Source: Macrostomum hystrix (lineage: Eukaryota; Animalia; Platyhelminthes). Taken from it: a DNA stretch of 64,000 nucleotides. The stretch is from positions 34,472,001-34,536,000 of the forward strand of contig CATNEN010000038.1 in NCBI GenBank assembly GCA_950097015.1. Reading direction: 5' to 3'. Position numbers and translations under genes: made by a program. Below, in pieces: positions 10,612-22,798 of the stretch; the stretch's first letter is position 1; each line of letters opens with the position of its first letter. The notes under the pieces are model-generated. The model worked only from the letters and a program-made list of their open reading frames with translations. It made no database searches and had not been told where the DNA came from.

Positions 10612-11685
10612 TCCATTGGATTTCAATGTCACTCTATTGGATTTCAATGTCACTCTATTAGATTTCAATGTCACTCCATTGGATTTCAATGTCACTCTAT
10701 TAGATTTCAAGCTCACTCTATTGGATTTCAATGTTACTCCATTGGATTTCAATGTCACTCCATTGGATTTTAATGTCACTCCATTAGATTTCAAGGTCAC
10801 TCTATTGGATTTCAATGTCACTCTATTAGATTTCAATGTCACTCCATTGGATTTCAATGTCACTCTATTAGATTTCAAGCTCACTCTATTGGATTTCAAT
10901 GTTACTCCATTGGATTTCAATGTCACTCCATTGGATTTTAATGTCACTCTATTAGATTTCAAGGTCACTCTATTGGATTTCAATGTCACTCCATAGGATT
11001 TCAATGTCACTCCATTGGATTTCAATGTCACTCTATTGGATTTCAATGTCACTCTAGTGGATTTCAATGTCACTCCATTGGATTTCAATGTCACTCCATT
11101 GGATTTCAATGTCACTCCATTGGATTTCAATGTCACTCTATTGGATTTTAATGTTACTCCATTGGATTTCAATGTCACTCTATTCGATTTCAATGTCACT
11201 CCATTGGATTTCAATATCACTCCATTGGAATTCAATGTCACTCTATTGGATTTCAATGTCACTCTAGTGGATTTCAATGTCACTTCATTGGATTTCAATG
11301 TCACTCTAGTGGATTTCAATGTCACTCCATTGGATTTCAATGTCACTCTATTGGATTTCAATGTCACTCTAGTGGATTTCTATGTCACTCCATTGGATTT
11401 CAATGTCACTCCATTGGATTTCAATGTCACTCCATTGGATTTCAATGTCACTCTATTGGATTTTAATGTCACTCCATTGGATTTCAATGTCACTCCATTG
11501 GATTTCAATGTCACTCCATCTGATTTCAATGTCACTATTGGATTTTAATGTTACTCCATTGGATTTCAATGTTACTCAATTGGATTTCAATGTCACTCCA
11601 TTGGATTTCAATATCACTCCATTGGAATTCAATGTCACACCTTTGGAATTCAATGTCACTCCATTGGTTTCGATGTCACTTTTTT
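10612..11685. repeat. 21-bp minisatellite (GATTTCAATGTCACTCCATTG)
   Basis: About 50 tandem units. Confidence 0.97.
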
Positions 11686-12123
11686 AGATTTTCGACGCAA
11701 CTATAAAATGCATTTAGAATGTAGCATAACTTTCTAAGAAAATAATTTCGTCCTTTCGCCTAGTTGGCTTGGCTACTTAAAGCTTCAGTTGTAGCTATAA
11801 AATTAATTAAATATTATATATTTTAGTTTAATTTTATCAAAAACAATATCTTTAAAGTGTAAAATGTACTTTTTCATGTTCAATATTTTGCATTGTAGAA
11901 AAACAAGCTGAGTTGCAAATCAGTTGAATTTGGTTTCGAGTGAAGCAGCGATTTGAGTTAGGCCTACAAAATCGTTAATGTATCGGGAGAAGAAAATACG
12001 AAAATGTGTTTTAAATCGCCAGATTAGAACAAATTAACACGAACTACTGTGTCTAAAAATGTAAATAAAACTATCTGTTATTTCTTGTACCCTCGCATGT
12101 ACTTCATCTTGCTTGATACAAGC

Positions 12124-13062
12124 TGACACCCTATTCTCCACCTGACACCCAGTTCCCTACCTGACACCCAGTTCCATACCTAACACCCAGTTCCCTACCT
12201 GACACCCAGTTCCATACCTAACACCCAGTTCCCTACCTGACACCCAGTTCCCCACCTGACACCCAGTTCCCTACCTGACACCCAGTTCCATACCTAACAC
12301 CCAGTTCCCTACCTGACACCCAGTTCCCTACCTGACACCCAGTTCGCCACCCTGACACCCAGTTCCCTACCTGACACCCAGTTCCCCACCTGACACCCAG
12401 TTCCCTACCTGACACCCAGTTCCCCACCTGACACCCAGTTCCCCACCTGACACCTAGTTCCCCACCTGACACGCAGTTCCCCACCTAACACCCAGTTCCC
12501 CACCTGACACCCCGTTCCCTACCTGACACCCAGTTCCCCACCTGACACCCAGTTCCCCACCTGACACCCCGTTCCCTACCTGACACCCAGTTCCCCACCT
12601 GACACCCAGTTCCCCACCTGACACCCAGTTCCCCACCTGACACCCAGTTCCCTACCTGACACCCAGTTCCATACCTAACACCCAGTTCCCTACCTGACAC
12701 CCAGTTCCCTACCTGACACCCAGTTCCCCACCTGACACCCAGTTCCCTACCTGACACCCAGTTCCCCACCTGACACCCAGTTCCCTACCTGACACCCAGT
12801 TCCCCACCTGACACCCAGTTCCCCACCTGACACCCAGTTCCCCACCTGACACGCAGTTCCCCACCTAACACCCAGTTCCCCACCTGACACCCCGTTCCCT
12901 ACCTGACACCCAGTTCCCCACCTGACACCCAGTTCCCCACCTGACACCCCGTTCCCTACCTGACACCCAGTTCCCCACCTGACACCCAGTTCCCACCTGA
13001 CACCCCGTTCCCTACCTGACACCCAGTTCCCTACCTGACACCCAGTTTCCCACCTGACACCT
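12124..13062. repeat. 19-bp minisatellite (ACCTGACACCCAGTTCCCC)
   Basis: About 49 tandem units. Confidence 0.97.
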
Positions 13063-13217
13063 CGTTGATCTCCTGTGTTCAAACCTAAAATGCTAAATCA
13101 CCTGATTCTGTTTGATAATTTTCCAAACCACAGATGGCATGTGATTGAAATCCCATTCGTCCATGTGGATAATGGCAGATATCTGATAAATCGGCAGAGT
13201 ACTGAATTCTCTATCAC

Positions 13218-16073
13218 TCAAACATCCTCGGCCTCGTCACAGCGCGTGACGCGCTCTCTATAGACTAGCTCTTCGCTGTTCATATCCAGGAACAGCATCA
13301 CCATGGCAATTATGAGGCCTAGAACGGACAGCCAGCCGATAAAGTAAGCCCAGCCGATATCCCACTGGGCTGAGGTTTGCGGCGCTCGTCGCTCGGAGAT
13401 CTCCCGCATGTGGCTGATTGGGAAGGCGATTAGCGCCACGGACTCCACCAGGGCTGCGGGCGATGAAAAATTCTGGATGCTGATTTGCCGCGCTTGGCAT
13501 TCTACGCTTTGATACTCTACAGTAGACACGACTACGCGGCCTGATCGCCTACTGACTATGGCCATGGCGGAGTTGAAACACGCCGGCATAGTCTATGGTC
13601 TGGGTAGAGTTGAAATAAGATGAGAGTAAACCCAAGAACCACTTGGAGTAGAAGAAAGGGAAATTACGTTTCTTTGAAAAAAATGTTTTTTTTTTGCGAA
13701 AAAATACACTACGGAGATAGGAAATTTTTCAGTTTCAAATGGTGGCAGCTTCTGATTGGAAAAAGAAACATAAAAAGCTTTCCTTTTGATATAAATTGCC
13801 TAACATGTCGCTCCACCGAATTAAAAAAATGTTTATGCGCCGCAATTTGATCTTCATTACAATTTTTTTACTAATCATATAAGTCTGAAACACTACCACT
13901 ACAGACTAGAATTAGCTTGACTTTATACTTATGTTCCTCTTGCAATTAAGTATTAATTAATTATTATAGATTAATTAGTGTTACTATTTAATATATTATT
14001 AGCTATCTAAACATTAGCTCTCGATGATGCCGATGTTTTGTGAAGAAAAGTGTGGTGAAAAATGAATTTGAAATGCGCCGTGGTCTATCCCTACTGTTAA
14101 ATATTCAAAATGAATTCAAAATGAATTTTGCAACCTTGCAATCTATAGTTTTTGTTCTAGTGCTAGAATAATAGCGGATTGTAATCTCCATAGTCATTCA
14201 ACCTCTGTATGCCAGGTAAGGCAAATGAAGTTGCTTTAAATCCATGCGCGGGCAAGCGAACAGTCAGACCTGTACGCCATGGGGTGAAGGAATCTGATCT
14301 GCCCTTTTTATAAGTCTCTCTTGCCTTCCACTTGCACCTAGTGCAGATGGATGCTGTTCTGTCTGACATTTCTGCCATCCAGCTAATACCACTGACTCAC
14401 AGAGTAAATTGTGTTAGAAAGGCTCATAAGGGGCTGGCTGGAATGGATAAAATTCATTTTCATTCCGGTAGCTGGGAGTTGACTGAGAGGCAGTGTGTGT
14501 TGCGTTGTTAAAACACTCCTTTAGAAAACTGCAATACGAGCGTATATCATATATCGTGGCGGTAGGTCTTTACCAGACACTCCCTGGAGACCGATAGTAA
14601 ACGCATAGATAACGGCCTTCTTGTTTGCATCCTTCGTCAGCATTCCGCAGGCTGTAGACGTGGCCGCGATGCCGCTGATGAGGGTGGCGGTCAGCATCAG
14701 GACGCCGCAGGCAGCGGAGTAGCCTATGAGTTTGGTGTTAAAATCGTAAAATGACTTTGTTTCGAGGAAAAACGCTCTGAGTGATGTTTTGCCGCTTCAC
14801 TAAGTGTATAATGTGCGTTTAATCCACAGAGAATCTCTGCCCCAACACTAGGTGTAGAATGTACATTCACTCCACAAAGAATCTCTAACCCACCACAGGG
14901 TGTAGACTGTACATTCACCCCACAGAGAATCTCTGCCCCAACACAGGGTGTAGACTGTACATTCACCCCACAGAGAATCTCTGCCCCAACACAGGGTGTA
15001 GAATGTACATTCACTCCACAGAGAATCTCTGCCCCAACACAGGGTGTAGAATGTACATTCACTCCACAGAGAATCTCTAACCCACCACAGGGTGTAGACT
15101 GTACATTCACTCCACAGAGAATGTCTAACCCACCACAGGGTGTAGAATGTACATTCACTCCACAAAGAATCTCTTACCCACCACAGGGTGTAGACTGTAC
15201 ATTCACTCCACGGATAATCTCTGCCCCAACACTGGGTGTAGACTGTACATTCACTCCACAGAGAATGTCTAACCCACCACAGGGTGTAGAATGTACATTC
15301 ACTCCACAGAGAATGTCTAACCCACCACAGGGTGTAGAATGTACATTCACTCCACAAAGAATCTCTTACCCACCACAGGGTGTAGAATGTACATTCACTC
15401 CACAAAGAATCTCTAACCCACCACAGGGTGTAGACTGTAAATTCACTCCACAGAGAATCTCTAACCCACCACAGGGTGTAGACTGTACATTCACTCCACA
15501 GAGAATCTCTAACCCACCACAGGGTGTAGACTGTACATTCACTCCACGGAGAATCTCTGCCCCAACACTGGGTGTAGACTGTACATTCACTCCACAGAGA
15601 ATCTCGACACTATCACTACGAGTTGACAGTCCTTCACCTGTGTTAGCTGGCCGATAAGTGCACTCGGACACGTTCCCTTTAGACCAGCACTCCTCCCAAA
15701 GGCCGCTGCAGGTATTCGGAGATACAATCCAGCTACTGCTTGCGATGGCAATCATGATGAAGAACAGGTGAGTTAGCGACATCATGAAGGCCAGTACCTG
15801 AAGTTTTCAGATTTAGTTCATGACTCAACGAATCTACAAGTAGGAATCGTGCACTCTTAGTTTATGTTGAGTAAGCTGTACCTTCACAGGCCGGCCAACG
15901 AGGACGCGGTCCACGCGCACAATGGGTGCCAGGCCATTAGGCACCGCTGAGCCTGTGGAGCCTCTTGGCCCAATCGAATTGGTGCCGCCGCCTGGCTTCA
16001 ACTGGTGACCAGCTGGTGGCGGCTGCAGCAACTTTTTGGCGGCTTCCGGAGGGGCACCGTCTGGCTCAGACAT
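13218..16073 (-). CDS. PMP22/claudin-superfamily tetraspan, TMEM47/VAB-9-like; exons 16073-15882, 15797-15638, 14723-14574, 13453-13218 (245 aa)
   Basis: All three introns GT-AG and phase-consistent (0,1,1). Four hydrophobic segments, W...GLWEEC...C first-loop signature, RPVK|VLAF before TM1, GWAYFIGW before TM4. Confidence 0.85.
14824..15605. repeat. 45-bp minisatellite filling intron 2 of the TMEM47-like gene
   Basis: Unit GGGTGTAGACTGTACATTCACTCCACAGAGAATCTCTAACCCACCACA and variants, about 17 copies. Confidence 0.95.
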
Positions 16074-19000
16074 CTCGCAGGACTTCAGAAAGTCCGTCAG
16101 AGGATCCGAGTGCTCCCGGTGATCAATGATTTGGCCTGGCGAGGAACAGGGCTTCGTGTAGGATAGCGCAGGTCACTGCGGGTCTTGCTTCGTGACTGGA
16201 GAGGCCAGGTGAGAGACAGCCTGCAGGGACGATGGGGAAATAGTCTTCGGGCAAGCTGAGGGGGGATGACGGACATCAGAGCGTCGAGTCGCAGTTTTGC
16301 TAGGCGCCATTCATTCCTTCCCTACTTGCTTCCGGAATTCGTTAAGAAAAAGTGCACTACTGCAGAGGCAGAGAGGGAAGGGGAAAGACAAAGGTGAAGA
16401 GCTAGGACGCCCGGGTGTGCAGCCGGGTTGCAGCCAATGCTTTGGATTGGTTCAGGGGGAGTAAAGACATCTGCAACGCATTCGATGGAGGGGATGTGGT
16501 CGAAGGCAACTGACTTTAGAGAGGCCATTAGAAACCACACAGGCCAAGATAGATGCATGGAAATGACAAAACGAACGGGGCATCCGCCACTAGCGCACAA
16601 TGTACATGCTTTATCCACAGAACATTCCCAGCACTGCGGTCATGTACTTCTAGTCTCTAGATTTGATCTCCTATTATCTATATCTACCAGTCGTTCTTTC
16701 GATCAGCGATCGCTTAAGCTTGGTCAGGCAATTAGGCTAAGGGATATGTGGCCTCCGCACCTTTAAAAGAGAAACGTGTTTTCTCCTCATGCGTCAGGAT
16801 ACAGGCAGCGAAAGGAAATAGGCGAACGGTAACCTACCCACCGAAAAATCTGCACAATTGACGTTCATAAATACTGCCTTCTTGGAGCCGCGGACCGTGG
16901 CCTGCCCATCTTTCTACTTCGTGCTTTTTTCTATATTTGTGTAATTCTTTGCAAAGGCCGTCCGTCTGATTGTGTCAGACAGTTTCCCACAAGTATCTCG
17001 GCTAGCCCTGCCAGATGATGGTACTATATTGGAGCTGGGGCCAGGAGGGACTGCAGTGGGTAGCACTGCTGTTGCATAGGCTATAAAAGCAGAAAATGTC
17101 AAGCGCAGCAGTAGACAGTAGCTTGGCCGACGTAATTGCGTTATGCCGAAGCGAGCCAGATCACAAACTTTAAGTTTTCTGGCGATATCAAGTGGTTTTT
17201 ATGCAGAAAAAGGACTTGATTTCTGCATTTCCTGTTAAATTGTGGACGCACTTTTAAATCGCTGTAGACAATTTTTTAACTCAATAAAATTGGCGAGCCG
17301 GCTAGCGGTAATTCAATACGGGTGCAACTGCAATGCTCGCACATATGAAGGGAAGTTTTCCGTCTAAAAAAGACAACTCACTATATAATATGAATTTCGT
17401 AATTAAAAATCATCAAAGAAAAAACTTGCGCAAGTAACTCGCAAGTCAGAAAAAAGTTCAAATTTATGGTTCAAGGAAATTTATATGTGCAAGAACTGAA
17501 AGCAGCAGCATTCAGCCAGGTACAGTAAGTCCCAATTAGGGAATTTTCATAAAAGTCTTACACCAAATGTAATTGAAGACGGCATTTTCCGTCTCTAATG
17601 AATTATTTACTGTACGAATTACCAACTCATTTCGAAGCCCGACGTCTTTATACCAAGGGGATATTCTCCCCTGCTGATAGTTATTTTTCCGCACCCAAAC
17701 GGAGCAACGCAAGCACACGAAACTCAAGAACACAGGCCAACTTTTTGTGGCGAATCTTCTGAAACAATAACCAAGTCGCCAGCACTTCAGATCGTCGAGA
17801 TATTCAACGGTTCTGCCTAAAGTCTGATTTCCCCATTATGAGCCAATGTATTACAATACCCCTATGTAATTACACCCCTATACACGAATTTGCAATGCGC
17901 CTCATGCAGTGCATCCTTGCCAGGACTTTAAGCTCTATAAGCACGTCATCCGAATGTGCCTACATTATATCCGACTTTGGTGGTTCACTGACCTTTGCTT
18001 TACCTAGACGGAGCTGCTGTTGTATTTAAAAGCATTTTCTCCGAGACGAAGAAATATTTCAGTTCAACATCGACAGCAAAAACTACCAAAGGAGAAATAC
18101 TATGGCCATGGCTATACCAGGCCCTAAATTATTGATTTCTATATATTCTTCAATTTTTTACTCCAATCAAAATACTGCGTCATAATTCAGGTCCAAGAAG
18201 ATAAATTCAAGGACATCTGTGAGTAGAATTGTGGCATTTAGATCTCCAGCTCCTAGTGGACCTTGGATAAATTTTATATTTCTGTCCAAAAAATTAGTTT
18301 AGGGCTGCCTGATACTTGTAAAAGAGACACTAAATTCGTTACTTAGCTAAATTTTTAATCTCAAGTGGATCAATTGCGCACATATCACGCTTGTGCCCTT
18401 AATTGGAATCTCTGATCTGTTCAGAACTTGAAATTCTTCTGTTTTCTTTTTCGTGTAACTATAACAACGACGGAATAAAACTTAGCGCAAGTTTTTAAGC
18501 TGTGCTCCAAATTTCTCTCAAAATGTTTTTTAGTAGACAGGCTAAAAAATAAAAGCCTTTATGATGCCTAATAAGCAAATTTGAGCCCAGTTGTCAATAT
18601 CCTACTCTTTCAGAAACACGGTTTGTTTCGTTCGTTCATTATTCTTATCTACTCTACTACTTGACTACTTATCCATGAAAATGGTGATTCAGCGACATTA
18701 CTCATTAGAAAAAACTCAGGTCGGTTTGATCAGGTTCCTGTGAGATTAGGAATGTAATATAGTATAAACAGTGTTCTTATAATTATCTCTCTTAAATGAG
18801 TACACATGATCAACCTTATTTTTGCCAGATATATCTTGAAACATTTAATTCTTAATTTTTTGGTCTTTAGGCCTACAGGTCTATAAAAAAACAAACGTTA
18901 AAAAATATAGTTATTTACTTATTTTTCTTTTGATAAGCAAAGTACAAGCACTATCTATACTACTATAGTCATAGAAGTAGAAAATAGCTAGGCCTACTAC

Positions 19001-19842
19001 CGCCTAGGCCTAGCCTATTTTGTAGCTTGACACTCAATATGCAGATGTGAGATGTATAGCTTTAACTTTTAAATATCTATTTAGCTAATACATATTGCAG
19101 ACTAATGTGTATCTAGACTATAATTAGCACTGAATATTTAGATTAAATCCCTAGATTTACCAGTAATGTGTAGGCCTATATTTAAAAATATATATATCTA
19201 AAGGCTACACTACATTTGCAACTTCAGTTGCTTAGTTGGTAACAGGTCTTATCTATTGACAACTGCCACACCTGCAAGTCTATACATGTATTCACCTACA
19301 GTAGCTAAAAAAATTGTAGCTATGAAATAAGATTAAGAGTATGTTTGCAACATGTTCTTTAAATCATCAATCCATTTGATAATGATTTGATGCTCTGGGC
19401 ATATTCCATCTTCATGCCCTTGCTTGTCTCTCTCATTCAAACTCATCTCATTATTATCAAATATATGTTGAGTGGGCTTGTTATTATTGGCTGCCAATAA
19501 GGCAACTACTTATTCAATTGCTTATCTAAGGACTAAGGTATCTTGATTCTAGCTCCTACAGAAATTAATATTTTTCTTATGTTTACAATATTCTGATGAA
19601 TGACTAAGTATATTTTAGGCATGAATTAATATTCTTCAGAAAAGTAAGACATGTTTTCTAGCTTCTTTCTTAATTAAAAAATAAAACTGCCAATACTATG
19701 TTATATTCCTAATTTTTCATACCCAATTATTATATTGTGCAATTACCTACATGTATTTTATGTAGATAAAGATTTTAAGTAAGCCTATAATACAAACCAG
19801 GTAAAATTAACCTGCATCTAGTTAGTAAGCTATATATATTTA

Positions 19843-20194
19843 AAATAATAATAATAATTTCAGGAGAGCTGCACATCATTTGGTGACACTAGACCCACAG
19901 CCAGCAAGGAGGCAATTCTGCCCATTTTGCTGACTCCTGAGCATACATGGGCATAGATACTGTATGCAGGCTCACACTCACACAGGTGTACATCTGCCCT
20001 GACTTTCTCATTGTCAGGCAGTGTACACTCTCACCATACCTTGCAGGTTGGCCCTCCAGGGCATAAATTACACAAAAAGCACCCAAGCCCTCTCTATGGC
20101 TGCGCTTGAATTCAATGTTGCCTCACTGTGGAATCAAGCTTAGTTACCTTTGGTGCAAGAGGCAAATACTTTAACTGGTCTGCCACCGAGCCCC
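19843..20194 (-). mobile_element. tRNA-derived SINE (family A), diverged copy
   Basis: Shares CACATCATTTGGTGACACTAGACC...GGCAATTCTGCCCATTT body and (TTA)n tail with the other copies. Confidence 0.85.
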
Positions 20195-20257
20195 TGCAAG
20201 CTATATAAATCCATTGTGCATTTTGATTTCTTGAATAATCGGCTTTGCTAATTGCAG

Positions 20258-20947
20258 ACGCTCACAATAACTGCTATTCGCCTCTTTGGCACCGCTGCTG
20301 GTCGTCGAGCGTTGCCGATTTCGTCGCTGTTGTCAACTTCAACAGGCCTCACTAAATCTCAACCTAGGCCTATAGAATGCTACCATGTTTCTCAGATTCA
20401 ATTGTCAAATCGAACAGTCATGATGCGTCGTTTCTGCTCCAAAGAACAGCAGCAGCAGCAACAGCAGCAAAAACCAGAATCATTCTGGCAGAGAATTTGG
20501 CGCACATACAAAACACAGACTAAGGTTGTCCTTGGCGTCCACCTAGTCGGCTCAGCTATTTGGTTCGCCTGCGTCTATACCTTTGTGAGCAGCTCCAATG
20601 TGAATCTGCCAGATTTACTGCGTCGCTACCTGCCTGAGCGGCTTCATTCGGCTATTCCCCAGGCGGCTCTGGACACCCTGGCCAATCCCAATGTTGGCGC
20701 CGTAGCTGCCTCGCTTGTACTTTATAAGCTGATCTTTCCTGTGCGCGATCTGTGCACCCTGCTGCTCACACCGCCTACCCTGGCCGCTCTACGCCGACTG
20801 GGCCTCATCGCCCAGCTGAAGGCCGAGGATCGACTGAGGGCCATCACCCGGGACAAGAGTCGGGAGACCTATCTGCGCCTGCAGCGACAGGCCAAGGAGG
20901 CGCGCAATAAAGCCGGGGCATCCAGTAGGAAGGCAGGAAAGCAGTGA
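20258..20947 (+). CDS. FAM210/DUF1279-family mitochondrial membrane protein; main exon, start not resolved
   Basis: Arg/Ser/Leu-rich presequence-like N-terminus; VVLGVHLVGSAIWFACVY and LVLYKLIFPVR..TLLLTP match DUF1279; basic C-terminal tail; TTGCAG acceptor ending 20257. Confidence 0.78.
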   Translation, partial: TLTITAIRLFGTAAGRRALPISSLLSTSTGLTKSQPRPIECYHVSQIQLSNRTVMMRRFCSKEQQQQQQQQKPESFWQRIWRTYKTQTKVVLGVHLVGSAIWFACVYTFVSSSNVNLPDLLRRYLPERLHSAIPQAALDTLANPNVGAVAASLVLYKLIFPVRDLCTLLLTPPTLAALRRLGLIAQLKAEDRLRAITRDKSRETYLRLQRQAKEARNKAGASSRKAGKQ

Positions 20948-21117
20948 CTTGTCATTCGATTATTGCGCGGAAACAAATGGTCCACTTATCTGACACATTA
21001 ATCAGCGTTTACACAGTTAGCACACTTTCATAGCGTTTGCGTTTGTGCACTTATGCAAGGGTGTAAAGTTGGTCTTGGTTTTCTCATCCCTTGGCAGTGT
21101 GCACACGTGTAATGATA

Positions 21118-21560
21118 ATTGTCAGGATAATTGACGAACAGGTGTGAGGATAAATTCCGAACAGGTGTGAGGATAATTGACGAACAGGTGTGAGGATAAA
21201 TGCCGAACAGGTGTGAGGATTATTTCCTAATATGTGTGAGGATAATTGCCGAACAGATGTGATGATTATTTCTTAATATGTGTCAGGATGATTTCCTAAT
21301 GTGTGACAATAATTGCCGAACAGGTGTGAGGATAATTGCCGAACAGGTGTGAGGATAATTGCCGAACAGGTGTGAGGATAATTGCCGAACAGGTGTGAGG
21401 ATAATTGCCGAACAGGTGTGAGGATAATTGCCGAACAGGTGTGAGGATAATTGCCGAACAGGTGTGAGGATAATTGCTGAACAGGTGTGAGGATAATTGC
21501 CGAACAGGTGTGAGGATAATTGCCGAACAGGTGTCAGGATAGCTGTCGAACAGGTGTGAC
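21118..21560. repeat. 23-bp minisatellite (GGATAATTGCCGAACAGGTGTGA)
   Basis: About 19 contiguous units with no unique spacers. Confidence 0.95.
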
Positions 21561-22798
21561 GATACTATGGATACTTTCTGGACAGGCATATTTTAAAGTG
21601 AAGAACATATGATTATGTATGTAAGTATGTATTATGTAAGTATTGCTACTTAAACGTTTTTTTTATTTGGCAACGTGTGCTCGGAGCTCAATTAAAATGA
21701 CTTTCACTGTAACAATATGTTTCTGCGATGGAGATGCACAACGTGAAATTTACTTTTATTCTGAACTTAACGATAGCCCAATAAAGAACTTGTTTAGTTT
21801 TCTGCTTCGTTCAATTATTAGACAAGAAAAATTGATATCTTGCTTGAAATTTCTATGTTCTTTTCTTCCGATAGTTCGCTTGATTGTTTGATAATTGAAT
21901 GTTCTGGTTGCAAAAAAGCTTTATTTGCAATAAACTGCATCTTATTGGCTGCTACAGGAAAACAGCAAATTTTATTGTACTCTGTAATTTTGTAAAATTT
22001 TAGTTTGGGTTGACTTCTGGTCTTGTTTTTTATCTGGTTGGATCTTATGTAGAATGAATTTTTTGGTGAATTCACTCTAATGGGTGAGATTAGTGAGTAT
22101 AGACTTACTCGAACAGGTAATATTGTTAAGTATTAATAGATAAGACGTGTGAGTATATTCGTACTTTTTCACAAAAATGTCAGTATTTCTACTTCCAGTA
22201 GGCTGATGCAAGCGCATAAACTGAGTACGGTGAAGTAAAAAAGAAATCTTTCATTGGCCAAGGATATTTTGATACTATTTTTAGAAACAAATTTCTTTCT
22301 CTTTAGGCGATTACTCATAAGTCCCATTATGGAAGTTGCTGTGCACTGTGTGGGGGCATTGTGTGTATGCTTTTCTTGTCTGTGTGCTTGTGTTTCCTGT
22401 GTACCCATAAAATTCAGATCGATTGACCCTATAAAGTTCATGCACTAATCTTCTACACTTCCCTTGATCTCGATACACTTGTTCCAGGGCTGTTTTCAGC
22501 TCAAAACTGGACTGGCATTGACAAGCTAGGTTGGTCCCAAACATATTTATCGGTGTAGATTTGCTTTCAGCAAAACATTAAGATTATATGTGGCTAGATT
22601 AATTTCCACGGTTTATTGACGCAATTTAACACAAAAAAGTTTATATATATGTTTAGTATTATATTTCAGTACTTCACTTCTTTCGTTTATTTTATATTTA
22701 CAGCTCCATTAATATAAATCAATATTTTCGCATTGTTGTTTTGGCAAACACGGGTCGATCTAGATAACACTGAATGGTATCTCATATATATATGTAAA

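Noticed and set aside
16322-16660. Cys-rich, PHD-like stretch upstream of the TMEM47-like gene
   Set aside because: Cys/His spacing needs frame changes and no exon structure could be built.
21118-21560. CRISPR-like look of the 23-47 bp arrays (also 45983, 48295, 49827)
   Set aside because: Units are contiguous with no unique spacers, no cas genes, eukaryotic context.
22730-22763. Second Helitron 3' end on the plus strand (...CACGGGTCGATCTAG)
   Set aside because: Hairpin incomplete, CTAG followed by A, and no matching 5' end.
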